From Squalus acanthias (lineage: Eukaryota), in the NCBI GenBank assembly GCA_030390025.1, contig JASTWF010000337.1, forward strand, positions 248,001 through 312,000: a DNA stretch of 64,000 bases, in the 5' to 3' direction. The position numbers were made by a program, and so were the translations under genes. Below are positions 24,001 through 40,560 of the stretch, piece after piece (the first letter of the stretch is position 1; the number at the start of each line of letters is the position of its first letter). The notes beneath the pieces are model-generated. The model saw nothing but the letters and a program-made list of their open reading frames with translations, was not told the origin of the DNA and did not search any database.

Positions 24001-27000
24001 CAGGAACTGGTAACTGAACAAGGAGCAGATAACTGGAGAAGGAGCAGATAACTGGACAAGGAGCAGATAACTGGACAGGAAACTGATAACTGGACAAGGA
24101 ACTGATAACTGGACAATGAGCAGATAACTGGACAAGGTGCAGATAACTGGAGAAGGAGCAGATAACTGGACAAGGAGCAGATAACTGGACAAGGAGCAGA
24201 TAACTGGACAAGGAGCAGATAACTGGACAGGAAACTGATAACTGGACAAGGAACTGATAACTGGACAAGGAGCAAAAAACTGGACAAGGAACTGATAACT
24301 GGACAAGGAGCAAAAAACTGGACAAGGAACTGATAACTGGACAAGGAGCAGATAACAGGACAAGGAACCGATAACTGGACAAGGAACTGAAAACTGGACA
24401 AGGAACTGATAACTGGACAAGGAGCAAAAAACTGGACAAGGAACTGATAACTGGACAAGGAACTGATAACTGGACAAAGAACTGATAACTGGACAAGGAG
24501 CAGATAACTGGACAAGGAACTGATAACTGGGCAAATACTGATAACTGGACAAGGAACTGATTACTGGAGATTGAACTGATAACTCGACAGTGAACTTATA
24601 ACTGGACAAGGAGCAGATAACTGAACAAGGAACTGATAACTGGACAAGGAGTACCTTACTGGACAAGGATCAGATAACTGGACAAGGAACTGATAACAGG
24701 ACAAATACTGATAACTGGACAAGGAAATGAAAACTAGACAAGGAACTGATAACTGGACAAGGAACTGATAACTGGACAAGGAGCAGATAACTGGAGAAGG
24801 AACTGATAACTGGACAAGGAGCCGATAATTGGAGAAGGAACTGATAACTGGACATGGAGTAGAAAAATGGACAAGGAACTGATAACTGGATAAATTCTGA
24901 TAACTGGACAAGGAACTGATAACTGGACAAGGAACTGATAACTGGACAAGGAGCAGATAACTGGACAAGGAACTGATAACTGGACAAGGAGCCGATAACT
25001 GGAGAAGGAACTGATAACTGGACATGCAGTAGAAAAATGGACAAGGAACTGATAACTGGACAAGGAGCAGATAACTGGACATGGAGTAGAAAACTGGACA
25101 AGGAACTGATAACTGGACAAGGAACAGATAACTGGACAAGGAACAGATAACTGGACATGGAGTAGAAAACTGGACAAAGAACTGATAACTGGACAAGGAA
25201 CTGATAACTGGACAAGAAACTGATAACTGGACATGGAGTAGAAAACTGGACAAGGAGCGGATAACTGGACAGGGAGCAGATAACCGGACAAGGAACTGAT
25301 AACTGGACAAGGAACTGACAACTGGACAAGGAGCAGATAACTTGACAAGGAACTGATAACTGGACAAGGAGCAGATAACTGGACAAGGAGCAGATGACTG
25401 GACAAGGAGCAGATAACTGGAAAAGGAGCAGATAACTGGACAAGGAGCAGATAACTGGAGAAGGAACTGATAATTGGACAAGTACTGATAACTGGACAAG
25501 GAACTGATAAGTGGAGAAGGAACTGATAACTGGACAAGGAACTGATAACTGGACAGGAAACTGATAACTGGACAAGGAACTGATAACTGGAGAAGGAACT
25601 GATAACTGGACAGGGAGCAGATAACTGGACAAGGAACTGATAATTGGACAAGGAACTGATAACTGGACAAGGAACTGATAAGTGGAGAAGGAACTGATAA
25701 CTGGACATGGAGTAGAAAACTGGACAAGGAACTGATAACTGGACAAGGAACTGATAACTGGACAAGGAGCAGATAATTGGACAACGAACTGAAAACTGGA
25801 CAAGGAGCAGATAACTGGACAAGGAGCAGATGACTGGACAAGGAGCAGATAATTGGACAACGAACTGAAAACTGGACAAGGAGCAGATAACTGGACAAGG
25901 AGCAGATGACTGGACAAGGAGCAGATAATTGGACAACGAACTGAAAACTGGACAAGGAGCAGATAACTGGACAAGGAGCAGATAATTGGACAAGGAACTG
26001 ATAATTGGACAGGAAACTGATAACTGGACAAGGAACTGATAACTGGAGAAGGAACTGATAACTGGACAAGGAACTGATAATTGGACAAGGAACTGATAAC
26101 TGGACAAGGAACTGATAAGTGGAGAAGGAACTGATAACTGGACATGGAGTAGAAAACTGGACAAGGAACTGATAACTGGACAAGGTGCAGATAACAGGAA
26201 AAGGAACTGATAACTGGACAAGGAACTGATAACTGGACAAGGAGCAGATAACTGGACAGGAAACTGATAACTGGACAAGGAGCGGATAACTGGACAGGGA
26301 GCAGATAACCGGACAAGGAACTGATAACTGGACAGGGAACTGATAACTGGACAAGGAGCAGATAACTGGACAAGGAGCAGATAACTGGAAAAGGAGCAGA
26401 TAACTGGACAGGAAACTGATAACTGGACAAGGAACTGATAACTGGACAAGGAGCAGATAACTGGACAAGGAGCAGATAACTGGAAAAGGAGCAGATAACT
26501 GGACAGGAAACTGATAACTGGACAAGGAACTGATAACTGGACAAGGAACTGATAACTGGACAGGGAGCAGATAACTGGACAAGGAACTGATAACTGGACA
26601 AGGAGCAGATAACTGGACAAGGAGCAGATGACTGCACAAGGAGCAGATAACTGGACAGGAAACTGATAACTGGACAAGGAACTGATAACTGGACAAGGAG
26701 CAGATAACTGGACAAGGAGCAGATAACTGGAAAAGGAGCAGATAACTGGACAGGAAACTGATAACTGGACAAGGAACTGATAACTGGACAAGGAACTGAT
26801 AACTGGACAGGGAGCAGATAACTGGACAAGGAACTGATAACTGGACAGGGAGCAGATAACTGGACAAGGAACTGATAACTGGACAGGGAGCAGATAACTG
26901 GACAAGGAACTGATAATTGGAAAAGGAACTGATAACTGGACAAGGAACTGATTAGTGGAGAAGGAACTGATAAGTGGACAAGGAACTGATAACTGGACAA

Positions 27001-30000
27001 GGAACTGAAAACTGGACAGGGAACTGATAACTGGACAAGGAGCAGATAACTGGACAAGGAGCAGATAACTGGACAGAAAACTGATAACTGGACAAGGAAC
27101 TGATAATTGGACAGGGAGCAGATAACTGGACAAGGAGCAGATAACTGGACAAAAAAAAGATAACTGGACAAGGAGCAGATAACTGGACAAGGAGCAGATA
27201 ACTGGACAAGGAGCAGATAACTGGACAAGGAGCAGATAACTGGACAAGGAGCAGATAACTGGACAAGGAGCAGATAACTGGACAAGGAGCAGATAACTAG
27301 ACACAGAGCAGATAACTAGACACAGAGCAGATAACTGGACACGGAGCAGATAACAGGACAGGAAACTGATAACTGGACAAGGAGCAGATAACTGGACAAG
27401 GAACTGATAACTGGACAAGGAGCAGATAACTGGACAAGGAGCAGATAACTGGACAAGGAGCAGATAACTGGACAAGGAGCAGATAACTGGACAGGAAACT
27501 GATAACTGGACAAGGAGCAGATAACTGGACAAGGAGCAGATAACTGGACAAGGAGCAGATAACTGGACAAGGAGCAGATAACTGGACAGGAAACTGATAA
27601 CTGGACAAGGAACTGATAATTGGACAGGGAGCAGATAACTGGACAAGGAGCAGATAACTGGACAAAAAAAAGATAACTGGACAAGGAGCAGATAACTGGA
27701 CAAGGAGCAGATAACTGGACAAGCAGCAGATAATTGGACAAGGAGCAGATAACTGGACAAGGAGCAGATAACTGGACAAGGAGCAGATAACTAGACACAG
27801 AGCAGATAACTGGACACGGAGCAGATAACAGGACAGGAAACTGATAACTGGACAAGGAGCAGATAACTGGACAAGGAGCAGATAACTGGACAAGGAGCAG
27901 ATAACTGGACAAGGAGCAGATAACTGGACAAGGAGCAGATAACTGGACAAGGAGCAGATAACTGGACAAGGAGCAGATAACTGGACAAGGAGCAGATTAC
28001 GGGACAAGGAACTGATAACTGGACAAGGAGTAGATTACTGGACAAGGAACTGATCACTGGATAAGGAGCAGATAACTGGACAAGGAGCAGATAAATGGAC
28101 AAGGAGCAGATAACTGGACAAGGAGCAGATAACTGGACAGGAAACTGATAACTGGACAAGGAGCAGTTAACTGGACAGGAAACTGATAACTGGACAAGGA
28201 ACTGATAATTGGACAGGGAGCAGTTAACTGGACAAGGAACTGATAACTGGACAGGGAGCAGATAACTGGACAAGGAGCAGATAACTGGACAATGAGCAGA
28301 TAACTGGAGAAGGAGCAGATAACTGGACAAGGAGCAGATAACTGGACAAGGAGCAGATAACTGGACAAGGAACTGATAACTGGACAAGGAGCTGATAACT
28401 GGACAAGGAGCAGATAACTGGACAAGGAGCAGATAACTGGACAAGGAGCAGAGAACTGAACAAGGAGCAGATAACTGGACAAGGAACTGATAACTGGACA
28501 AGGAACTGATAACTGGACAGGGGCAGATAACAGGACAAGGAACTGATAACTGGACAAGGAACTGATAACTGGACAAGGAGCAGATGACTGGACAGGAAAC
28601 TGATAACTGGACAAGGAGCAGATTACTGGACAAGGAGCAGATAACTGGACAAGGAGCAGATAACTGGATCGGAAACTGATAACTGGACAAGGAACTGATA
28701 ACTGGAAAAGGAAATGATAACTGGACAAGGAACTGATAACTGGACAAGGAACTGATAACTGGACAAGGAACTGATAACTGGACAAGGAACTGATAACTGG
28801 ACAAGGAACTGATAACTGGACAAGGAGCTGATAACTGGAAAAGGAACTGATAACTGGACAAGGAGCTGATAACTGGACAGGAACTGATAACTGAACAAGG
28901 AGCAGATAACTGGACAAGGTGCGGAAAACTGGACAAGGAGCAGATAACTGGACAAGGATCTGATAACTGGACAAGGAACTGATAACTGGACAAGGAGCAG
29001 ATAACAGGACATGGAACTGATAACTGGACAAGGAACTGATAACTGGACAAGGAACTGATAACTGGACAAGGAACTGATAACTGGACAAGGAGCAAAAAAC
29101 TGGACTCGGAACTGATAACTGGACAAGGAACTGATAACTGGACAAATACTGATAACTGGACAAGGAACTGATTACTGGAGATTGAACTGATAACTGGACA
29201 GTGAACTGATAACTGGACAAGGAACTGATAAGTGGACAAGGAACTGATAACTGGACAAGGAACTGATAACTGGACAAGGAACTGAAAACTGGACAGGGAA
29301 CTGATAACTGGACAAGGAACTGATAACTGGACAAGGAACTGATAACTGGACAAGGAACTGATAAGTGGACAAGGAACTGATAACTGGACAAGGAACTGAA
29401 AACTGGACAGGGAACTGATAAGTGGACAAGGAGCAGATAACTGGACAGGAAACTGATAACTGGACAAGGAACTGATAAGTGGACAAGGAGCAGATAACTG
29501 GAAAAGGAACAGATAACTGGACAAGGAGCAGATAACTGGACAAGGAGCAGATAACTGGACAAGGAGCAGATAACTGGAGAGGAAACTGATAACTGGACAA
29601 GGAGCAGATAACTGGACAAGGAGCAGATAACTAGACACGGAGCAGATAACTGGACAAGGAACTGATAACTGGACAAGGAACTGATAACTGGACAAGGAAC
29701 TGATAACTGGACATGGAGTAGAAAACTGGACAAGGAACTGATAACTGGACAAGGTGCAGATAACAGGAAAAGGAACTGATAACTGGACAAGGAGCAGATA
29801 ACTGGACAAGGAGCAGATAACAGGGCAAGGAACTGATAACTGGACAAGGAGCAGATAACTGGACAGGAAACTGATAACTGGACAAGGAACTGATAACTGG
29901 ACAAGGAGCAGATGACTGGACAAGGAGCAGATAACTGGACAAGGAGCAGATAACTGGACAAGGAGCAGATTACTGGACAAGGAGCAGATAACTGGACAAG

Positions 30001-33000
30001 GAGCAGATAACTGGACAAGGAGCAGATAACTGGATAGGAAACTGATAACAGGACAAGGAGCTGATAACTGGACAAGGAACTGATAACTGGACAAGGGACT
30101 GATAACTGGACAAGGAACTGATAACTGGACAAGGAACTGATAACTGGACAAGGAACTGATAACTGGACAAGGTACTGATAACTGGACAAGGAACTGATAA
30201 CTGGACAATGAGCAGATAACTGGACAAGGAACTGATAACTGGACAAGGAGCAGATAACTGGACAAGGAACTGATAACTGGACAAGGAACTGATAACTGGA
30301 CAAGGTACTGATAACTGGACAAGGAACTGATAACTGGACAATGAGCAGATAACTGGACAAGGAACTGATAACTGGACAATGAGCAGATAACTGGACAAGG
30401 AACTGATAACTGGACAAGGAGCAAAAAACTGGACTCGGAACTGATAACTGGACAAGGAACTGATAACTGGACAAGGAACTGATAACTGGACAAGGAACTG
30501 AAAACTGGACAGGGAACTGATAACTGGACAAGGAGCAGATAACTGGACAAAAAAAAGATAGCTGGACAAGGAGCAGATCACTGGACAAGGAGCAGATAAC
30601 TGGACAAGGAGCAGATAACTGGACAAGGAGCAGATAACTGGACAAGGAGCAGATAACTAGACACAGAGCAGATAACTAGACACGGAGCAGATAACTGGAC
30701 ACGGAGCAGATAACTGGAAAAGGAACAGATAACTGGACAAGGAGCAGATAACTGGACAGGAAACTGATAACTGGACAAGGAGCAGATAACTGGACAAGGA
30801 GCAGATAACTGGACACGGAGCAGATAACTGGAAACGGAGCAGATAACTGGACACGGAGCAGATAACTGGACAAGGATCAGTTAACTGGACAAGGAACTGA
30901 TAACTGGACAAGGAGCAGATAACTGGACAAGGAGCAGATAACTGGACAAATACTGATAACTGGACAAGGAACTGATTACTGGAGATTGAACTGATAACTG
31001 GACAGTGAACTGATAACTGGACAAGGAGCAGATAACTGAACAAGGAACTGATAACTGGAAAAGGAGCAGATTACGGGACAAGGAACTGATAACTGGACAA
31101 GGAGTAGCTTACTGGACAAGGAAGTGATCACTGGACAAGGAGCAGATAATTGGACAAGGAACTGATAACTGAACAGGTAGCAGATAACTTGTCAAGGATC
31201 AGATAACTGGAGAAGGAGCAGATAACTGGACAGGAAACTGAGAACTGGAAAAGGAACTGATAATTGGACAGGGAGCAGCTAACTGGACAAGGAACTGATA
31301 ACTGGACAGGGAGCAGATAACTGGACAAGTTGCAGATAACTGGACAATGAGCAGATAACTGGACAAGGAGCAGATAACTGGACAAGGAGCAGATAACTGG
31401 AGAGGAAACTGATAACTGGACAAGGAGCAGATAACTGGACAAGGAGCAGATATTTAGACACGGAGCAGATAACTGGACACGGAGCAGATAACTGGACAAG
31501 GAGCAGATAACTGGACAAGGGGCAGATAACTGGACAAGGAGCAGATAACTGGAGAGGAAACTGATAACTGGACAAGGAGCAGATAACTGGACAAGGAGCA
31601 GATATTTAGACACGGAGCAGATAACTGGACACGGAGCAGATAACTGGACACGGAGCAGATAACTGGACACGGAGCAGATAACTGGACAAGGAGCAGATAA
31701 CTGGACAAGGAGCAGATAACTGGACAAGGAGCAGATAACTGGACAAGGAACAGATAACTGGACAAGGAGCAGATAACTGGACAAGGAGCAGATAACTGGA
31801 CAAGGAACTGATAACTGGACAAGGAACTGATAACTGGACAAGGAGCTGATAACTGGACAAGGAACTGATAACTGGGCAAGGAGCAGATAACTGGACAAGG
31901 AACTGATAACTGGACAAATACTGATAACTGGACAAGGAGCAGATAACTGAACAAGGAACTGACAACTGGAAAAGGAGCAGATTACGGGAGAAGGAACTGA
32001 TAACTGGACAAGGAGTAGCTTACTGGACAAGGAAGTGATCACTGGACAAGGAGCAGATAATTGGACAAGGAACTGATAACTGAACAGGTAGCAGATAACT
32101 TGTCAAGGATCAGATAACTGGACAAGGAACTGATAACTGGACAAGGAACTGATAACTGGACAAGGAACTGATAACTGGACAAGGAACTGATAACTGGACA
32201 AGGAACTGATAACTGGACAAGGAGTAGAAAACTGGACAAGGAGCAGATAACTGGACAAGGAACTTGTAACTGGACAAGGAACTTTTAACTGGACAAGTAA
32301 CTGATAACTGGACAAGGAGCAAAAAACTTGACAACCAAATGATAACTGGACAAGGAACAGATAACTGGACAAGGAACTGATAACTGGACAAGGATCAGAT
32401 AACTGGACAAGGATCAGTAAACTGGACAAGGAACTGATAACTGGACAAATACTGATAACTGGACAAGGAAATGAAAACTAGACAAGGAACTGATAACTGG
32501 ACAAATACTGATAACTAGACAAGGAACTGCTCACTGGACAGGGAGCAGATAACTGGACAAGTTGCAGATAACTGGACAATGAGCAGATAACTGGACAAGG
32601 AGCAGATAACTGGACAAGGAGCAGATAACTGGACAAGGAGCAGATTACTGGACAAGGAACTGATAACTGGACAAGGAGCAGATAACTGGAGAGGAAACTG
32701 ATAACTGGACAAGGAGCAGATAACTGGACAAGGAGCAGATATTTAGACACGGAGCAGATAACTGGACACGGAGCAGATAACTGGACACGAAGCAGATAAC
32801 TGGACACGGAGCAGATAACTGGACACGGAGCAGATAACTGGACAAGGAGCAGATTACTGGACAAGGAGCAGATTACTGGACAAGGAACTGATAACTGGAC
32901 AAGGAACTGATAACTGGACAAGGAACTGATAACTGGACAAGGAGCTGATAACTGGACAAGGAACTGATAACTGGACAAGGAGCTGATAACTGGACAGGAA

Positions 33001-36000
33001 CTGGTAACTGAACAAGGAGCTGATAACTGGACAAGGAACTGATAATTGGACAAGGAACTGATAACTGGACAAGGAACTGATAAATGGACAAGGAACTGAT
33101 AACTGGACAAGGAACTGGAAACTGGACAAGGAACTGATAACTGGACAAGGAGCAGATTACTGGACAAGGAGCAGATAACTGGACAAGGAACTGATAACTG
33201 GACAAGGAACTGATAACTGGACAAGGAACTGATAACTGGACAAGGAGCTGATAACTGGACAGTGAACTGATAACTGGACAAGGAACTGATAACTGGACAA
33301 GGAACTGATAACTGGACAAGGAGCAGATAACTGGACAAGGAACTGATAACTGGACAAGGAGCAGATTACTGGACAAGGAGCAGATAACTGGACAAGGAAC
33401 TGATAACTGGACAAGGAACTGATAACTGGACAAGGAACTGATAACTGGACAAGGAGCTGATAACTGGACAAGGAACTGATAACTGGACAAGGAGCTGATA
33501 ACTGGACAAGGAACTGGTAACTGGACAAGGAACTGATAACTGGACAAGGAGCTGATAACTGGACAAGGAGCTGATAACTGGACAAGGAGCTGATAACTGG
33601 ACAGGAACTGGTAACTGGACAAGGAACTGATAACTGGACAAGGAACTGATAACTGGACAAGGAGCTGATAACTGGACAAGGAACTGGTAACTGGACAAGG
33701 AACTGATAACTGGACAAGGAGCTGATAACTGGACAAGGAACTGATAACTGGACAAGGAGCTGATAACTGGACAGGAACTGGTAACTGAACAAGGAGCAGA
33801 TAACTGGAGAAGGAGCAGATAACTGGACAAGGAGCAGATAACTGGACAGGAAACTGATAACTGGACAAGGAACTGATAACTGGACAATGAGCAGATAACT
33901 GGACAAGGTGCAGATAACTGGAGAAGGAGCAGATAACTGGACAAGGAGCAGATAACTGGACAAGGAGCAGATAACTGGACAAGGAGCAGATAACTGGACA
34001 GGAAACTGATAACTGGACAAGGAACTGATAACTGGACAAGGAGCAAAAAACTGGACAAGGAACTGATAACTGGACAAGGAGCAAAAAACTGGACAAGGAA
34101 CTGATAACTGGACAAGGAACCGATAACTGGACAAGGAACTGAAAACTGGACAAGGAACTGATAACTGGACAAGGAGCAAAAAACTGGACAAGGAACTGAT
34201 AACTGGACAAGGAACTGATAACTGGACAAAGAACTGATAACTGGACAAGGAGCAGATAACTGGACAAGGAACTGATAACTGGGCAAATACTGATAACTGG
34301 ACAAGGAACTGATTACTGGAGATTGAACTGATAACTCGACAGTGAACTTATAACTGGACAAGGAGCAGATAACTGAACAAGGAACTGATAACTGGACAAG
34401 GAGTACCTTACTGGACAAGGATCAGATAACTGGACAAGGAACTGATAACAGGACAAATACTGATAACTGGACAAGGAAATGAAAACTAGACAAGGAACTG
34501 ATAACTGGACAAGGAACTGATAACTGGACAAGGAGCAGATAACTGGAGAAGGAACTGATAACTGGACAAGGAGCCGATAATTGGAGAAGGAACTGATAAC
34601 TGGACATGGAGTAGAAAAATGGACAAGGAACTGATAACTGGATAAATTCTGATAACTGGACAAGGAACTGATAACTGGACAAGGAACTGATAACTGGACA
34701 AGGAGCAGATAACTGGACAAGGAACTGATAACTGGACAAGGAGCCGATAACTGGAGAAGGAACTGATAACTGGACATGCAGTAGAAAAATGGACAAGGAA
34801 CTGATAACTGGACAAGGAGCAGATAACTGGACATGGAGTAGAAAACTGGACAAGGAACTGATAACTGGACAAGGAACAGATAACTGGACAAGGAACAGAT
34901 AACTGGACATGGAGTAGAAAACTGGACAAAGAACTGATAACTGGACAAGGAACTGATAACTGGACAAGAAACTGATAACTGGACATGGAGTAGAAAACTG
35001 GACAAGGAGCGGATAACTGGACAGGGAGCAGATAACCGGACAAGGAACTGATAACTGGACAAGGAACTGACAACTGGACAAGGAGCAGATAACTTGACAA
35101 GGAACTGATAACTGGACAAGGAGCAGATAACTGGACAAGGAGCAGATGACTGGACAAGGAGCAGATAACTGGACAAGGAGCAGATAACTGGACAAGGAGC
35201 AGATAACTGGAGAAGGAACTGATAATTGGACAAGTACTGATAACTGGACAAGGAACTGATAAGTGGAGAAGGAACTGATAACTGGACAAGGAACTGATAA
35301 CTGGACAGGAAACTGATAACTGGACAAGGAACTGATAACTGGAGAAGGAACTGATAACTGGACAGGGAGCAGATAACTGGACAAGGAACTGATAATTGGA
35401 CAAGGAACTGATAACTGGACAAGGAACTGATAAGTGGAGAAGGAACTGATAACTGGACATGGAGTAGAAAACTGGACAAGGAACTGATAACTGGACAAGG
35501 AACTGATAACTGGACAAGGAGCAGATAATTGGACAACGAACTGAAAACTGGACAAGGAGCAGATAACTGGACAAGGAGCAGATGACTGGACAAGGAGCAG
35601 ATAATTGGACAACGAACTGAAAACTGGACAAGGAGCAGATAACTGGACAAGGAGCAGATGACTGGACAAGGAGCAGATAATTGGACAACGAACTGAAAAC
35701 TGGACAAGGAGCAGATAACTGGACAAGGAGCAGATAATTGGACAAGGAACTGATAATTGGACAGGAAACTGATAACTGGACAAGGAACTGATAACTGGAG
35801 AAGGAACTGATAACTGGACAAGGAACTGATAATTGGACAAGGAACTGATAACTGGACAAGGAACTGATAAGTGGAGAAGGAACTGATAACTGGACATGGA
35901 GTAGAAAACTGGACAAGGAACTGATAACTGGACAAGGTGCAGATAACAGGAAAAGGAACTGATAACTGGACAAGGAACTGATAACTGGACAAGGAGCAGA

Positions 36001-39000
36001 TAACTGGACAGGAAACTGATAACTGGACAAGGAGCGGATAACTGGACAGGGAGCAGATAACCGGACAAGGAACTGATAACTGGACAGGGAACTGATAACT
36101 GGACAAGGAGCAGATAACTGGACAAGGAGCAGATAACTGGAAAAGGAGCAGATAACTGGACAGGAAACTGATAACTGGACAAGGAACTGATAACTGGACA
36201 AGGAGCAGATAACTGGACAAGGAGCAGATAACTGGAAAAGGAGCAGATAACTGGACAGGAAACTGATAACTGGACAGGGAACTGATAACTGGACAAGGAG
36301 CAGATAACTGCACAAGGAGCAGATAACTGGAAAAGGAGCAGATAACTGGACAGGAAACTGATAACTGGACAAGGAACTGATAACTGGACAAGGAACTGAT
36401 AACTGGACAGGGAGCAGATAACTGGACAAGGAACTGATAACTGGACAAGGAGCAGATAACTGGACAAGGAGCAGATGACTGCACAAGGAGCAGATAACTG
36501 GAAAAGGAGCAGATAACTGGACAGGAAACTGATAACTGGACAAGGAACTGATAACTGGACAAGGAACTGATAACTGGACAGGGAGCAGATAACTGGACAA
36601 GGAACTGATAACTGGACAGGGAGCAGATAACTGGACAAGGAACTGATAACTGGACAGGGAGCAGATAACTGGACAAGGAACTGATAATTGGAAAAGGAAC
36701 TGATAACTGGACAAGGAACTGATTAGTGGAGAAGGAACTGATAAGTGGACAAGGAACTGATAACTGGACAAGGAACTGAAAACTGGACAGGGAACTGATA
36801 ACTGGACAAGGAGCAGATAACTGGACAAGGAGCAGATAACTGGACAGAAAACTGATAACTGGACAAGGAACTGATAATTGGACAGGGAGCAGATAACTGG
36901 ACAAGGAGCAGATAACTGGACAAAAAAAAGATAACTGGACAAGGAGCAGATAACTGGACAAGGAGCAGATAACTGGACAAGGAGCAGATAACTGGACAAG
37001 GAGCAGATAACTGGACAAGGAGCAGATAACTGGACAAGGAGCAGATAACTGGACAAGGAGCAGATAACTAGACACAGAGCAGATAACTAGACACAGAGCA
37101 GATAACTGGACACGGAGCAGATAACAGGACAGGAAACTGATAACTGGACAAGGAGCAGATAACTGGACAAGGAACTGATAACTGGACAAGGAGCAGATAA
37201 CTGGACAAGGAGCAGATAACTGGACAAGGAGCAGATAACTGGACAAGGAGCAGATAACTGGACAGGAAACTGATAACTGGACAAGGAGCAGATAACTGGA
37301 CAAGGAGCAGATAACTGGACAAGGAGCAGATAACTGGACAAGGAGCAGATAACTGGACAGGAAACTGATAACTGGACAAGGAACTGATAATTGGACAGGG
37401 AGCAGATAACTGGACAAGGAGCAGATAACTGGACAAAAAAAGATAACTGGACAAGGAGCAGATAACTGGACAAGGAGCAGATAACTGGACAAGCAGCAGA
37501 TAATTGGACAAGGAGCAGATAACTGGACAAGGAGCAGATAACTGGACAAGGAGCAGATAACTAGACACAGAGCAGATAACTGGACACGGAGCAGATAACA
37601 GGACAGGAAACTGATAACTGGACAAGGAGCAGATAACTGGACAAGGAGCAGATAACTGGACAAGGAGCAGATAACTGGACAAGGAGCAGATAACTGGACA
37701 AGGAGCAGATAACTGGACAAGGAGCAGATAACTGGACAAGGAGCAGATAACTGGACAAGGAGCAGATTACGGGACAAGGAACTGATAACTGGACAAGGAG
37801 TAGATTACTGGACAAGGAACTGATCACTGGATAAGGAGCAGATAACTGGACAAGGAGCAGATAAATGGACAAGGAGCAGATAACTGGACAAGGAGCAGAT
37901 AACTGGACAGGAAACTGATAACTGGACAAGGAACTGATAATTGGACAGGGAGCAGTTAACTGGACAAGGAACTGATAACTGGACAGGGAGCAGATAACTG
38001 GACAAGGAGCAGATAACTGGACAATGAGCAGATAACTGGAGAAGGAGCAGATAACTGGACAAGGAGCAGATAACTGGACAAGGAGCAGATAACTGGACAA
38101 GGAACTGATAACTGGACAAGGAGCTGATAACTGGACAAGGAGCAGATAACTGGACAAGGAGCAGATAACTGGACAAGGAGCAGAGAACTGAACAAGGAGC
38201 AGATAACTGGACAAGGAACTGATAACTGGACAAGGAACTGATAACTGGACAGGGGCAGATAACAGGACAAGGAACTGATAACTGGACAAGGAACTGATAA
38301 CTGGACAAGGAGCAGATGACTGGACAGGAAACTGATAACTGGACAAGGAGCAGATTACTGGACAAGGAGCAGATAACTGGACAAGGAGCAGATAACTGGA
38401 TCGGAAACTGATAACTGGACAAGGAACTGATAACTGGAAAAGGAAATGATAACTGGACAAGGAACTGATAACTGGACAAGGAACTGATAACTGGACAAGG
38501 AACTGATAACTGGACAAGGAACTGATAACTGGACAAGGAACTGATAACTGGACAAGGAGCTGATAACTGGAAAAGGAACTGATAACTGGACAAGGAGCTG
38601 ATAACTGGACAGGAACTGATAACTGAACAAGGAGCAGATAACTGGACAAGGTGCGGAAAACTGGACAAGGAGCAGATAACTGGACAAGGATCTGATAACT
38701 GGACAAGGAACTGATAACTGGACAAGGAGCAGATAACAGGACATGGAACTGATAACTGGACAAGGAACTGATAACTGGACAAGGAACTGATAACTGGACA
38801 AGGAACTGATAACTGGACAAGGAGCAAAAAACTGGACTCGGAACTGATAACTGGACAAGGAACTGATAACTGGACAAATACTGATAACTGGACAAGGAAC
38901 TGATTACTGGAGATTGAACTGATAACTGGACAGTGAACTGATAACTGGACAAGGAACTGATAAGTGGACAAGGAACTGATAACTGGACAAGGAACTGATA

Positions 39001-40560
39001 ACTGGACAAGGAACTGAAAACTGGACAGGGAACTGATAACTGGACAAGGAACTGATAACTGGACAAGGAACTGATAACTGGACAAGGAACTGATAAGTGG
39101 ACAAGGAACTGATAACTGGACAAGGAACTGAAAACTGGACAGGGAACTGATAAGTGGACAAGGAGCAGATAACTGGACAGGAAACTGATAACTGGACAAG
39201 GAACTGATAAGTGGACAAGGAGCAGATAACTGGAAAAGGAACAGATAACTGGACAAGGAGCAGATAACTGGACAAGGAGCAGATAACTGGACAAGGAGCA
39301 GATAACTGGAGAGGAAACTGATAACTGGACAAGGAGCAGATAACTGGACAAGGAGCAGATAACTAGACACGGAGCAGATAACTGGACAAGGAACTGATAA
39401 CTGGACAAGGAACTGATAACTGGACAAGGAACTGATAACTGGACATGGAGTAGAAAACTGGACAAGGAACTGATAACTGGACAAGGTGCAGATAACAGGA
39501 AAAGGAACTGATAACTGGACAAGGAGCAGATAACTGGACAAGGAGCAGATAACTGGACAGGAAACTGATAACTGGACAAGGAACTGATAACTGGACAAGG
39601 AGCAGATGACTGGACAAGGAGCAGATAACTGGACAAGGAGCAGATAACTGGACAAGGAGCAGATTACTGGACAAGGAGCAGATAACTGGACAAGGAGCAG
39701 ATAACTGGACAAGGAGCAGATAACTGGATAGGAAACTGATAACAGGACAAGGAGCTGATAACTGGACAAGGAACTGATAACTGGACAAGGGACTGATAAC
39801 TGGACAAGGAACTGATAACTGGACAAGGAACTGATAACTGGACAAGGAACTGATAACTGGACAAGGTACTGATAACTGGACAAGGAACTGATAACTGGAC
39901 AATGAGCAGATAACTGGACAAGGAACTGATAACTGGACAAGGAGCAGATAACTGGACAAGGAACTGATAACTGGACAAGGAACTGATAACTGGACAAGGT
40001 ACTGATAACTGGACAAGGAACTGATAACTGGACAATGAGCAGATAACTGGACAAGGAACTGATAACTGGACAATGAGCAGATAACTGGACAAGGAACTGA
40101 TAACTGGACAAGGAGCAAAAAACTGGACTCGGAACTGATAACTGGACAAGGAACTGATAACTGGACAAGGAACTGATAACTGGACAAGGAACTGAAAACT
40201 GGACAGGGAACTGATAACTGGACAAGGAGCAGATAACTGGACAAAAAAAAGATAGCTGGACAAGGAGCAGATCACTGGACAAGGAGCAGATAACTGGACA
40301 AGGAGCAGATAACTGGACAAGGAGCAGATAACTGGACAAGGAGCAGATAACTAGACACAGAGCAGATAACTAGACACGGAGCAGATAACTGGACACGGAG
40401 CAGATAACTGGAAAAGGAACAGATAACTGGACAAGGAGCAGATAACTGGACAGGAAACTGATAACTGGACAAGGAGCAGATAACTGGACAAGGAGCAGAT
40501 AACTGGACACGGAGCAGATAACTGGAAACGGAGCAGATAACTGGACACGGAGCAGATAAC
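21060..40560 (+). repeat. Near-identical ~9.8-kb tandem duplication (~21060-30865 and ~30870-40560)
   Basis: Paired ORF-track entries have offsets 9771 (21357/31128, 22268/32039, 23102/32873), 9752 (24561/34313), 9771 (26952/36723), 9770 (27791/37561), 9732 (28623/38355) and 9694 (29970/39664). Both copies start with caaggatcagttaactgg (~21062, ~30871). Confidence 0.93.
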
